A stretch of 64,000 bases of DNA from Marsupella aquatica (Eukaryota > Plantae > Marchantiophyta): NCBI GenBank assembly GCA_973895155.1, contig OZ316893.1:25161520-25225519 (forward strand), written 5' to 3'. The position numbers were made by a program, and so were the translations under genes. Below, piece after piece: positions 37,309 to 48,828 of this stretch; position 1 is the first letter of the stretch; each line of letters starts with the position of its first letter. Under the pieces are notes generated by a model. That model saw only the letters and a program-made list of their open reading frames with translations, did no database searches and was not told where the DNA came from.

Positions 37309-38356
37309 AAGGCCTTATCCTCATCTTCAACTCCTTTTCCCAGGTTTGATAGATCCACCGCTAGACTGTCAAATTCATCCAGGTGATCTTACATCTTGCT
37401 CCCTTCCTTGAGCCCGAGGCTCATAAAGAGAGACTTCTTGTACAACCGGTCTGACACATCTTCCCGGTAGTACTTCTCTCTTAGAGCCTTGAACAGTGAC
37501 GCGCAATCCGCATAATCATCTAGCTGCTTGATGATGTGCGGCTTGAGATATAGCATCACTGCGTTGACAGCAATCACCTGCTCTTGTCTCCACTGTCTCA
37601 CATAAATCTTCTCCTCTCCATCATACTGCTCTCGCGATGAAAGCAGATGAGCTAAGCCTATGTCCCGTAGAACACCCTTCAGTACTTGCTTCTCCCATAG
37701 CAAGTAATCAGTATGACCATCATACTTCTCCACCTCAAACTTCACTCCTCCAAATCTAGCCATCTCCCTCTTTTGCCCCACTATCGACAGCTCTAGTAGT
37801 AGTACTGTTGAGCATAGACGACATTCGCAATGGCAAGCCCATGAACCATCCAACGCACTTTAGTCGACACAGAGAGATACGTGGTTCACCTCCACATGAG
37901 GCTACGTCCACGGGAATACACAAGAGCTTTACTGCACTCTAGGCCGACCGGCCATACCAAGCATCCACAGCACAAGCTCTCCCTATCTCTCAACTAGCTC
38001 CGTAATAATGAGCCTAAGCTCCACCAGGGTCTGGCATCAGCCTTGGCTATATGCACAACAGCACTACCGCTAACCTTAGCTAGGTCCTAATCCGAGTTAG
38101 CCTAACTGTGGTTAGCACAAGAGTCACAAGACTAGAGCAATATCTAACAAACTCCCCCTTGACTCTTGTCTTGGGGACTGGACTAAATGCTACCATATGG
38201 AATCCTCAGAGGGAAGTTCTAGACAATCACCAAACTAGGTCTCCCCCTAAAAACCACAAGGGTTAACTAAGGGTTAACTAGAACTAAGCCGTAGCCTAAC
38301 AGGAATGAGTAATCCATATACAAATAGTCATACATTGCTAAATAACTCTACTTGCA

Positions 38357-41300
38357 CTACAACTACAAAACTTGCAAAGTAGCACGGTGTCTTGAGAAAC
38401 TCTCCAAAGGAATCACTTTGGTAAAGGCATCAGCGGGATTGAGCTTTCCATCAATCTTGACTAGCTCAAAAGTTTTATCAGACACTGCTTGCCTGATAAA
38501 ATGGTACCTGATATCAATGTGCTTCACCCTGCTATCCATCACTTGGTTAGCAGCCAAGTGAAGAGCACTCTAACTATCACAGTTTAGAGTCATTTTGCCA
38601 TGCTCTAAACCCATCTCCGCGATCAACTTATCCAACCAAATTGCTTCCTTTGCAGCTTCTGCTGCTGCAACATACTCTGCTTCTGTAGTAGACTAAGATA
38701 TGCACTTCTGCAAGGTAGATTTCTAACTGATACATCCTCCTCCAAGAGTGTATACAAACCCAGTTGTAGATCTCCTTGTATCCAGATAGCCTCCATAGTC
38801 AGAATCTACATAGCCAACTAACGTTCTATTTGATCTGTTATCAAATAGTAAGCCATAGTCCTGTGTTCCCTTCACATACCTGAGAATCCATTTCACAGCT
38901 TCCCAATGTACCTTCCCTGGATTTGACATGAATCTGCTAACCTTGCCCATCGCTAAGGCCAAGTCAGGCCTAGTACAAGTCATCAAATACATCAGACTGC
39001 CTACTATCTTCTCATAAGGAATCTTAGCCATCAGACCTTTCTCCACAGCATCCGTAGGAGAGAAAGCTAATGATAACTTGAAATGTGAAGCTAAAGGAAT
39101 ACTCACTGGCTTACAGTTCTCCATGTTGAATCGTGCAAGTACTTTCCTCGCATACTGGCCTTGACTCAAGCACAACTGTCCAGTCTCAGAGTTCCTAAAA
39201 ATCTCCATCCCTAAGATCCTCTTGGCCTTACCAAGATCCTTCATCCTGAATTCAACGCTCAATTTTGATTTGAGACTGTCAACCTCAGATTGATCTTTAG
39301 CCACAATTAGCATGTCATCCACATAGATCACCAGAATGATGAAACCAAATACATCATTCTTGACTGATTTTGTATACACACAAGGATCATACACCATCCT
39401 TGTAAAACCTTAAGCAAGCATGAAATCATCAAACCGCTTGTTCCATTGTCTGGGAGACTGCTTCAATCCATACAAGGATTTGAGCAATCTACAAACTAAG
39501 TTCTCTTGGCCCTTCTTCATAAAGCCTAGTGGTTCTCTCATGAAGATCATCTCTTCCAAGTTGCCATAGAGAAAAGCAGTAACAACATCCATCTGATCCA
39601 TCACCAGATTAAAAAACACAACAAGCTGACACAAGATCCGAATTGTGGAATACTTAGCCATCGGTGAAAAGACCTCATTGTAATCGAGTCTTTTCTCCTG
39701 AGTGAACCCCTTGGCAACAAGCCTTGCTTTGTAGATCTTATCTCCACCCTCTGAAGGACTGTCCTTCAACTTGTAAATCCACTTGCTGTCCACCAATTGT
39801 TGACCTCTTGGAAGCTCCACCAGCTCCCATGTCTTGTTGTCACTCAAAGATTGCAACTCCCTCTGCATTGTTGCATTCCACTCATGTTTCTGCTCTGAAG
39901 CACAAGCCTCACTATACGAAGAAGGCTCTCCTTTTCCAAGATCAAAGCCATATCATCTTCATCAGGTGCAATGTCAATATCATCTAGCTTAGATGAGTCT
40001 GCCCATTGACCATACCTGGTAGGAGCTCTAGTAGAACGACTGGAAGTTCTTCTAGTAGATGACTCAGACTGATATGTTGCTGTTGCTGGTTGAATTTGAG
40101 GTACCCTAGCAACAATTTTCTCCTCTTGTTCCATCACAAGAACCAGCTCCAAGCCTGGAGCTTCTCCATCTCTCCTGTCATGAACTGCATCATGACTAAT
40201 CTCCCCCTCAACCCGATCCGGGATGGGAGATTTCCCCTTGTCAGTATGGGAGTCCTGAGAACTCTCCCCCTCCTTTGATGATCTGGATGCATTAAAGGAC
40301 ACATCTCTACTGACAATTAGCTTACAGGTTACTGGATCCCATAACCTATAACCCTTCACACCTTTTTGATAACCAAGGAAAATGCACTTCTTCGACTTGA
40401 AGTCCAGCTTGGATCGAAGTTGGGAAGGTGTAAGCACATAAGCATCACATCCAAAAATCCTCAGATGTGAGTAATCTGTTGGATGCCCGTACCTCATTTC
40501 AAATGGCGTCTTGAATCCAATAGAACTGGATGGAGAAAAATTTACCAAATAAGCTGTAGTGTTGACAGCTTCAGCCCAAAACTCATGTGGTAAGCATGAT
40601 TGACTCAATATACTCCTCGAGCGGTCCAATAGTGTTCGGTTGAGTCTCTCAGAAATACCATTCTGCTGAGGAGTATAGCTTGTTGTGAGATGGGGGGTAA
40701 TCCCCTGCTCCTTACAATACATTCCAAATTCACCGGAACTGTATTCACCGCCGTTATCCGATCGAAGATATCTCACCTTATTACCAGTCTGATTTTCAAC
40801 TTGGGCTTTCCACTCCTTAAAAGTGGCAAAAACATCAGATTTATTGTGTAGAAAGTATATCCACACATACCTTGAGTAATCGTCAATGAACGTGACATAG
40901 TATAACCGTCCAGAATGTGAGGGAGTAGGGGCGGGACCCCACACATCACTATGTACATACTCAAGTACCTCCTTGCTGGTGTGAGTTCCAACTCCGAAGG
41001 GTTTCCTGTGCTGCTTCCCTAGCACACAGTGCTCACAAAATTCCAATTTACAAGATTGCAAATTAGAAAGTAATCATTTCTTCTGAAGAATAACCAAACC
41101 TTTTTCACTCATGTGACCCAAACGGAAGTGCCATAGCCGGGCCGTCTCCTCATGAGATAAGGTTACATTGGCTTCATCATAGACTACACTGCCCTCCATA
41201 ACGTATAGATTGCAATGTCTGTTTCCCTTCAATACAACTTTAGTACCAGTTGAAACCTGAAGGACACCATTAGCAGAACTCCACTGATGGTCATTTGCCT

Positions 41301-41574
41301 CTAAAACTCCAAGTGAAATGAAATTTTTCATCATGCTGGGAATATGTCTCACATTCCTCAATGTTCTCACAGCACCATCAAACATCTGAAATCGTACAGA
41401 TCCAAGTCCAACAACTTGACATGGGATTCCATTTCCCATCAACACTGACCCGTTGGAAACCGTGTAAGAACTGAAATAATCTCTTCTAGAGCAAATGTGA
41501 AAAGTACATGCACTATCTAGAATCCAGTCATCACTACCTGGATTTGACACTACGTTGAGAGCATAACCTTGACA
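38357..41574 (-). pseudogene. Inner Copia pol (PR-INT-RT-RNase H) with nonsense and frameshift lesions
   Basis: WILDSACTFH (PR), LWHFRLGH...CEHC (HHCC), VHSDVWGP, RSDNGGEY, GISERLNR (INT), YKARLVAKG, SLYGLKQSPRQW, IYVDD (RT), ADAFTK (RH). Stops at about 41074, 39410 and 38723, and a 1-bp deletion at about 39933. Confidence 0.92.
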
Positions 41575-42609
41575 TCACAATATGTCATCATCATCGAGTA
41601 AATCTACCTCATGCGAGCTTGATGCTGCGTTAGCAAAGGCAGTAGGGACCTTTACTCGACAATCCCTTTTCATGTGGCCTGGCTTGCCACAATTCCAACA
41701 TGCAAGAGGCATCCTCTCTTGCAATTTTCCTCTGGATTTAGATCTCCCCCGTGATGTTGATCTAAACCTGTTCTGCCCATTCGTGCGCTGCGTTGCTCTG
41801 CCCTTGTTCACATTGAGCGCAGTGCCAGAAGAAGATGTTGTCTGTGATTGACCCAGCTTCTTCTGAGCATCATCAGACAGTAAAGAGCTTACCACCTCAT
41901 TATATGAAATGGACTTCAGATCTCTGTACAAGAGCACCTGTTTCAAGCCCTGATATGACGGCGGTAAGGAGCTTAGCAGAAGCAAGGCCTTATCCTCATC
42001 TTCAACTCCTTTTCCCAGGTTTGACAGATCAACCGCTAGACTGTCAAACTCATCCAGGTGATCCTGCATCTTGCTCCCTTCCTTGAGCCTGAGGCTCATC
42101 GAGAGAGACTTCTTGTACAGCCGGTCTGACGCATCTTCCCGGTAGTACTTCTCTCTTAGAGCCTTGAACAGTGACGCACAATCCGTATAATCATCCAACT
42201 GCTTGATGATGTGCGGCTTGAGATATAGCATCACTGCATTGACAGCAATCACCTGCTCCTGTCTCCACTGTCTCACATAAATCTCCTCCTCTCCATCATA
42301 CTGCTCTCGCGATGAAAGTAGATGAGCTAAGCCCATGGCCCGTAGAACACCTTTCACTTGCTTCTCCCAGAGTAAGTAATCAGTACGACCATCGTACTTC
42401 TTCACCTCAAACTTCACTCCTCCAAATCTAGCCATCTCCCTCTTCTTCCCTACTACCGACAGCTCTGGTAGTAACACAGCTTCCTCCACTGCACGCCGCA
42501 CCGGTGATCGTACCGGTGTTATAAGTTCCTCCTCAGACTCTTCGTCTGACCGTCGCAATCCTGAAGCTCCACCGATGCCAATTCTTCTAGTATCCTCCGA
42601 ATCACTCAT
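41575..42609 (-). CDS. Inner Copia Gag, open ORF with CCHC zinc knuckle
   Basis: MSDSEDT...KFEVKKYDG...LLLLSSLPPSY...CWNCGKPGHMKRDC...DDDDIL*. Confidence 0.88.
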   Translation of the reverse strand: MSDSEDTRRIGIGGASGLRRSDEESEEELITPVRSPVRRAVEEAVLLPELSVVGKKREMARFGGVKFEVKKYDGRTDYLLWEKQVKGVLRAMGLAHLLSSREQYDGEEEIYVRQWRQEQVIAVNAVMLYLKPHIIKQLDDYTDCASLFKALREKYYREDASDRLYKKSLSMSLRLKEGSKMQDHLDEFDSLAVDLSNLGKGVEDEDKALLLLSSLPPSYQGLKQVLLYRDLKSISYNEVVSSLLSDDAQKKLGQSQTTSSSGTALNVNKGRATQRTNGQNRFRSTSRGRSKSRGKLQERMPLACWNCGKPGHMKRDCRVKVPTAFANAASSSHEVDLLDDDDIL

Positions 42610-44122
42610 ATGAAACAATCACGAAAAACCGTCTTTTTTCAAAACTTCTCATAAAACTCAAAAATCAACACCGCCGCGTAGCCCACAAAGCTAGGAGTCC
42701 AATACTGAAATCCGAAATCAAAATTGAAATTCGACAGAAAAGTTATTCAAATTTCGGTCGGGGTGGGTAAAACCTTGGGAAACTCCCCCGTTTTGACCAC
42801 CTCGGAGAATAACCGAAATACCAAGTATAACCTGTCGTCGGAATCGCGATGTGATGGGTGCACCGCGTTGCTAACTCCAGTGGCAACGTCCTCACCAAAA
42901 AAGAACCAAAAAAGTTACCGTGCGGCGGACGAAATCTTTGTGTGACGGCCGAAAACCAGCTCTCTGTTTTTTGGGAATATTCCCGCACAGTCCAACAGGG
43001 CTCACAGGGGGCCGTTCTCCCTGTCGGAGCGGTTAAAACGGAGGGTCACAGGGCTCGGGATGAGGCACAACCAATGAGGAGGAGGAGAGAAAAAAAATTC
43101 AGAAAAACACACTCTAAAGGGGTCTTAAAGCCCCTGGCAAAGGCATGCGTATTTGCGGAAACGCGCGCATATTTGCGGCCAGAATCGCGTATAAACAGCA
43201 AAAAATGTGAAAAAATGGGTTTAAAGGGGTCAAAACGCACATATTTTTGCGTTTTTGGGCCGTATATGGGCATTTTTGGCCGTATTTGGGCCCAAAAAAG
43301 CACTTTTTGCGCTTAAAGGGGTGTGGGAGGCCGGTGTGCGCGCCGGGGCGTATGGCGAACCTGATTTTTCGGGTATTGGGGCCGTATTGGGGCAAAAAAT
43401 GCCCTAAACTAACCTTAAAAATGTGCCCAAAATGACACAAAGGCCGTGTTACAAACCTCAGCCGCCTCCGCTTTGGTTTCCAATGAGAAAAGTGATGACC
43501 GACGACATGAAAATATTTCCGAATTGCACCGGCATGTCTGAAGCTCCACCAGAGAAAGAACTTCAGTTGCGTCGCCTTCACTCCGCGTCAAGTACCAATC
43601 CCGGACTCAAAACGACCGTCTCGCCACAATCTCTCCGTTGAGCCTCAGCACTTCGCGTTTCTTCCTCCGAGTCAAGCGTCATGACGAGTAATCCGGTTCA
43701 GGGAAAAACAAGCACCATAGCTTGTCAAAAAACCAGAACGCCTCCTTCACTCGTCACGACGCACTCATTTCGCAAACGTCAGCAAACTAGATACCAAAAC
43801 GACCAGCACACTCCAACCTTCAACTTGAACTATCACATGCGACGCCCCGCACACCGCACAGCTCACACCGTTGAAGAAACGATCTCTGGTTTCTCCCCCG
43901 AAATACCGTCGAACATGAATAAACCCTGAACGACGCAAACTTCAATTCCTCCGCACCACGGATACCGATCAGCGAGCTCTAACCACCATTAGAATGCCCT
44001 CTCACTAACCTATCCGCTCAGCCACACACAATCAAGTTTCATGCGATGAAACTCTGAATGTACCATCGACAATGAACGCTGGAAAAACCTGTCACGAAAA
44101 AACCTTGTCACCTCCCAGGCAT

Positions 44123-44134
44123 GCTCTGATACCA
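44123..44134 (-). promoter_or_regulatory. Primer-binding site (tRNA-iMet) of the inner Copia
   Basis: TGGTATCAGAGC, 2 nt inside the 5' LTR boundary. Confidence 0.9.
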
Positions 44135-46322
44135 CTTGTTGAGCATAGACGACATTCGCAACGACAAGCCCATGAACCATCCAACGCACTTTAGTCGACA
44201 CAGAGAGATACGTGGTTCACCTCTACATGAGGCTACGTCCACAGGAACACACAAGAGCTTTACTGCACTCTAGGCCGACCGGCCATACCAAGCATCCACA
44301 GCACAAGCTCTCCCTATCTCTCAACTAGCTCCGTAACAATGAGCCTAAGTTCCACCAGGGTCTGGCATCAGCCCTGGCTATATGCACAACAGTACTACCG
44401 CTAACCTTAGCTAGGTCCTAACCCGAGTTAGCCTAACTGTGGTTAGCACAAGAGTCACAAGACTAGAGCAATATCTAACAAGTACAACTTCCTCCACTGC
44501 ACGCCTCACCGGTGATCGTACCGGTGATACTAGTTCCTCCTCAAACGGTAGCAGCTCCTCCTCAGACTCTCCGTCTGACCATCGCGGTCCTGAAGCTTCA
44601 CCGACGCCAATTCTTCCAGTATCCTCCGAGTCACTCATATGAAATAATCACGAAAAAACGTCTTTTTTTGAAACTTCTCACAAAACTCAAAACTCAACAC
44701 CGCCGCGTAGCCCACGAAGCTAGGAGTCCAGCCGAAATCAAAATCAAAATTCGACGGAAAAGTTATTCAAATTTTGGCCGGAGTGGGTAAAACCTTGGGA
44801 AACTCCCCCGTTTTGACCACCTCGGAGAATAACCAAAATACCCAGTACAAACCGTCGTCAAAATTGCGATGTGATCGGTGTGCCGCGTTGCCAACTTTAA
44901 TGGCTACGTCCTCGCCGAAAAAGAACCAAAGAAGTTATTGTTCGGCGGACGGAATCTCTGTCGGACGGCCAAAAAACAACACTCTGTTTTTCGAGAATAT
45001 TCCTGCACAGTCCGATAGGTCTCACAGGGGGCCGTTCCCCCTGTTGGAGCGGTTAAAACGGAGGGCGGCAGGTCCCGACATCAAGTAGAACAAAAAGAGG
45101 AGAAAATGGCTAAAAAAGGGGCCTTAAAGGGGGTGCAAAGTCCCTAAAAACTAAAAATACCGGAATAAAAAGGCACCGTCGAGGGTTTAGGAGGGGAAAA
45201 TACACGGCAGCCGGCGTATGGACGGGTGCAAAGGGCCTCGATCGAGGCAGTGTATTCGTGTGGCAGGGGGCCGGGCCGGAGAGAAGCGAGGGTGCGGGGG
45301 CGCGAAGTCGACGGCAGCCTCGCGGCTGCATACCCTAGGCAGGGCCGGCAGCCGGGCGCGAGGAGGGCATAAAGGGGCAACGGGGGCGCCTGCAGTCCCG
45401 AGGTTGGAATGAGGGAGCAGGGCGCAAACACGGGGCCGGGAAAACGATAAGGCAGCTGTCGGGCGGCAGCTTCTGCGCCGGCCGGTGTTGTGAAGTTCCC
45501 TAAGAGACGGGGGTGCGGGGGATAAATTGAGTACACGGGGCCAGGGGGTTGTGTGTTGGTACACACACGATTGTGTGTGTATAAACACACACAAGGGCCC
45601 AAGTTAACCCCCCTAAAATGGCAAAAAAACTCCCCTCAAGTTATAACAGAAATAACTCACAATAATTGCCACTGTTTGAAATGAGAAAAGTGAATACCGT
45701 CGACGTGAAATGTTGCCGAATTGCACCGACACAGTATGCAGCCCCAGCTCAGTAAAAAATTTCCGCCGCGTCGCCTTCACTCCGCGTCAAGTGCCAATCC
45801 CGGGCTCAAAATGACCGCCTCACTGCGATCAAACTGTTGAGCCATAGCACTTCGCGTTTCTTCCACCAAGTTGGACGTCACGAAGAGAAACCCGGTTCAG
45901 ATGAGAACAAGCTCCATAGCTTGTGAAAAAACCTGAACGCCTCCTTCACTTGTCACGTCGCACTCAGTAACAACTCGGCAGCTATCCAGCTACCGAAAGG
46001 ACCAGCTCGCTTCAACCTTCAACTTGAGCTATAATGTGCGATCCCTCCCGCACCGCACAGCTCACACCGTTGAAAAACGCAAACTCTGGTCTCTCCCCCA
46101 AAATACCGTCGAACACGAATAAACCCTGAACGACTCAAACTTCAATTCCTCCGCACCACGGATACCGATCAGCGAGTTCTAACCATTGTTAGAAAGCCCT
46201 CTCACTAACCTATCCGCACAGCCACACACATTCGAGTTTCATGAGACGAAACTACGAATGTGCCACCGACAATGAATGCTGGAAAAACCTGTCACGAAAA
46301 AACCTCGTCACCTCCCAGGCAT

Positions 46323-46334
46323 GCTCTGGTACCA
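46323..46334 (-). promoter_or_regulatory. Primer-binding site (tRNA-iMet, one mismatch) of the outer Copia
   Basis: TGGTACCAGAGC, 2 nt inside the 5' LTR boundary. Confidence 0.85.
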
Positions 46335-46336
46335 CT

Positions 46337-46678
46337 TGTTGAGCATAGACGACATTCGTAACGGCAAGCCCATGAACCATCCAACGCACAATAGTCGACA
46401 CAGAGATACGTGGTTCACCTCTACATGAGGCTACGTCCACGCGAACACACAAGAGCATTACTGCACTCTAGGCCGACCGACCATACCAAGCATCCACAAC
46501 ACAAGTTCTCCCTATCTCTCAACTAGCTCCGTAACAATGAGCCTAAGTTCCACTAGGGTCTGGCATCAGCCCTGGCTATATACACAAAAACACTACCGCT
46601 AACAATAGCTAAGTCCTAACCCAAGTTAGCCTAACTGTAGTTAGCTCATGAGTCACAAGACTAGAGCAATATCTAACA
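46337..46678 (-). repeat. 5' LTR of the outer Copia
   Basis: 342 bp, TG...CA, followed by TSD TAAAC. Confidence 0.95.
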
Positions 46679-46875
46679 TAAACCACAAGGGGTTCATACC
46701 TAGGGATCCGACCAAGAGGGAGCTAGAGAGGGTTAAAACAGAGCCCCCAAAGTGGACCAACCAGGGGGCTGAGGAGAAACCAAGACTACCACAAGTACAC
46801 CCCACCCACACATACACTCCACAACCCTTGCATGCAAAGGGGGATTGAACCTGGGACCTCTCGGTTCTAGGCTAA

Positions 46876-47211
46876 AGGCTGCATGTGCAGGGTCCTTAAA
46901 AAATTTGCCCTTTCATTCACTCTTGTGATCTTATCATTGAGTGAGTGCTTCATGCCTGACCCATCTCCCTAGCTAGGCAGGCCTGACTGCAGCATTTGAG
47001 AAAATTTAAGGGCAAGGGTGGCAAAGTTTCCAACCCTTCCCTTTCAAGACCTTCAAATTTCATAACAAACAAAGTACTTTACTTTACAAGAACAAATCAC
47101 ATACATCATTTACAGAGATCTTGTGCATGGACAAACAGAATCTACTTTTTCCCTGCATGTTTGGGAATGTAGAGGGCCTGAATTCCAATCACATCACATG
47201 CAAGACGGCCC
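46876..47211. mobile_element. PIF/Harbinger-type MITE with a degenerate left end
   Basis: Right TIR CATGCAAGACGGCCC followed by TAA; homologous to 1-227. The left boundary is approximate. Confidence 0.5.
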
Positions 47212-47214
47212 TAA

Positions 47215-47536
47215 GGGCCGTCTTTCATGTGAGGGTCTTGCTTGAAAAACCCGACCCTTTAAATGATCAGGTGGCAACTTTGGACTGACCTAGTATTTTG
47301 GGCTGTCCCCCCTCCAGAGCCAGTCCAGACATCTATATATGAGGAGTCATGCAGGCCCTTGAATTCCCAACCTTTGAAAAACAGAAACAGACAGAAAGGC
47401 AGGACAAACAAATAAACCCAATTGAGTGTGGGCGACAACCTTGGTCCCTTCCCTGATTATGTGCACATTTGAGATCTCACTTTTTCACAACTTTGGGTTG
47501 GCAAGGGCCACTTTTTCAGGATATGCAAGACAGCCC
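47215..47536. mobile_element. PIF/Harbinger-type (Tourist-like) MITE
   Basis: TIR GGGCCGTCTTTCAT / ATGCAAGACAGCCC (12/14 match), preceded by TAA and followed by AAA. Internal similarity to about 395-480. Confidence 0.6.
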
Positions 47537-48591
47537 AAATCCCATGGCCCCATAGCCAACTGACCAAAGCCAGTTGGTTCCAACCCTCTCTCTTAGTTTT
47601 CAAACTTTGCAAAAGTTCATTGACAAAAACGGGGGAATAAAGTCTGTTGGGCGCTCTTTCTTAGGAGATTTTGCAGAAGGTGGCGTTCGAGAGCATAAAA
47701 GGAAAAAGAACGTCTGTCCAGAGCTCTTTCCTTTGAGAATATGCAGTGCCGAACTGCCGATGCGGCGGCGTCTAAACGGACAACAGGTCACACAGTTCAC
47801 TCAGCATAATACGTCCGCCTCAAAAGCGTCGTTTGTTCGTGACGGGGAGTGAATCTCAGCTTTGACAAATTCGACAAAGTTCCGTGCCGCTGTGAGATGA
47901 GCCGGATTCGAAACACAATACCCACTCTCAGCTTTACATGTCCAGCCACGAAATTCTTGGAGGCGGGACCAGATGAGACGGACATTCCGAGAACCACATC
48001 AGGTGAATCACACTAGATCGGAGGTTTTCACTTCGTCTTCGTTGGGTTCTCCAAACCATCCCGCACACGGAGGCGGCCACGATTCTTTCGAGTGCTCCCG
48101 GAGGTTCAGTTTGTGCCTTTCGCATATCCGGCACCTGAGCAGCCGGCCAAAGATTTCGTTCTGAGATACCAAGGAACAGTGGGCTAGATGCTCGATCACT
48201 TACGAAGGGCCCGGGGCGAGGAATGAAAGGCAGGGCACGAATTTGATATCATTTTTTTGAAATTGAGGGGACCATAGCGTTCCTCTGTCGGCCACCTGCT
48301 GGGCTCCGAACTCATCGGTCGACCAGGTACATGGTCCATCTGGAAATGGGAACAGAAGAGGAGAAAGAGTTCGACGGAGTTTGCGGTAGTTAGTGGGGTT
48401 GCATACAGTAGGTCTGACTTTGGTTACTGGGACGACTTCATACTTCGCCACCAGACTATCGAGCTACAGTAGCTAGTTATTATTGGGAGAACGATTGACG
48501 ACAGGTTTCACATGTATCCGGGGAGTTGCAACTTCGCTGGGCACAACGGCTTGTGTGATTTGATTTCTAGCTCGGCGATCGAGCAGCAATC

Positions 48592-48828
48592 TTGCCCTTC
48601 ATCGAATCAGCACAGACGGGGGTAAGTGAAGACTGAGATGTAACCGACCAATTCATAGTACAAAAAGAATTTGCAGCGCAGCGAGAAAGGATGATAAATT
48701 GACTGAATATCAATTGCCCTCCATCGACTCAGCACAGACGGAGGTAAGCGAAGAGACGTGACCGATCGATCAGTTCGTAGTCCAAAGATTCATTGAGGAT
48801 GATTAATTAACTGGGCATCACAATTGTC
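48592..48828. repeat. Diverged tandem duplication of about 120 bp
   Basis: CATCGA.TCAGCACAGACGG.GGTAAG.GAAGA at about 48600 and 48722; GGATGAT.AATT.ACTG in both copies. Confidence 0.7.

Larger units (their letters stand above)
37806..44480 (-). mobile_element. Inner full-length Ty1/Copia element (6675 bp), same family, inserted in the gag of the outer copy
   Basis: LTRs 37806-38149 and 44137-44480 (344 bp). TSD AGTAC (37801-37805, 44481-44485). PBS TGGTATCAGAGC at 44123-44134 (minus strand); PPT next to 38150. Confidence 0.96.
14738..46678 (-). mobile_element. Outer Ty1/Copia LTR retrotransposon (Tork/Tnt1-like), native length about 6.9 kb, interrupted by four nested insertions
   Basis: TG...CA LTRs at 14738-15081 and 46337-46678, flanked by TSD TAAAC (14733-14737 and 46679-46683). 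Minus-strand coding pieces in gag-PR-INT-RT-RH order: gag 44638-44486, 37805-37314 and 35515-35107; PR/INT about 35074-33470; RT about 33460-32799 (split by the MITE) and 16540-15820 (YVDD); RNase H about 15750-15289 (ADAFTK). Several stops and frameshifts. Confidence 0.95.

Noticed and set aside
42724-45602. Many overlapping ORFs in the Copia leaders as extra or env-like genes
   Set aside because: Not conserved between the two copies, low complexity, and present on both strands.
37806-46678. Tandem Copia elements sharing LTRs, or pairing LTR 14738 with 37806
   Set aside because: TSDs and pair-specific LTR variants show nesting: 14738 pairs with 46337 and 37806 pairs with 44137.
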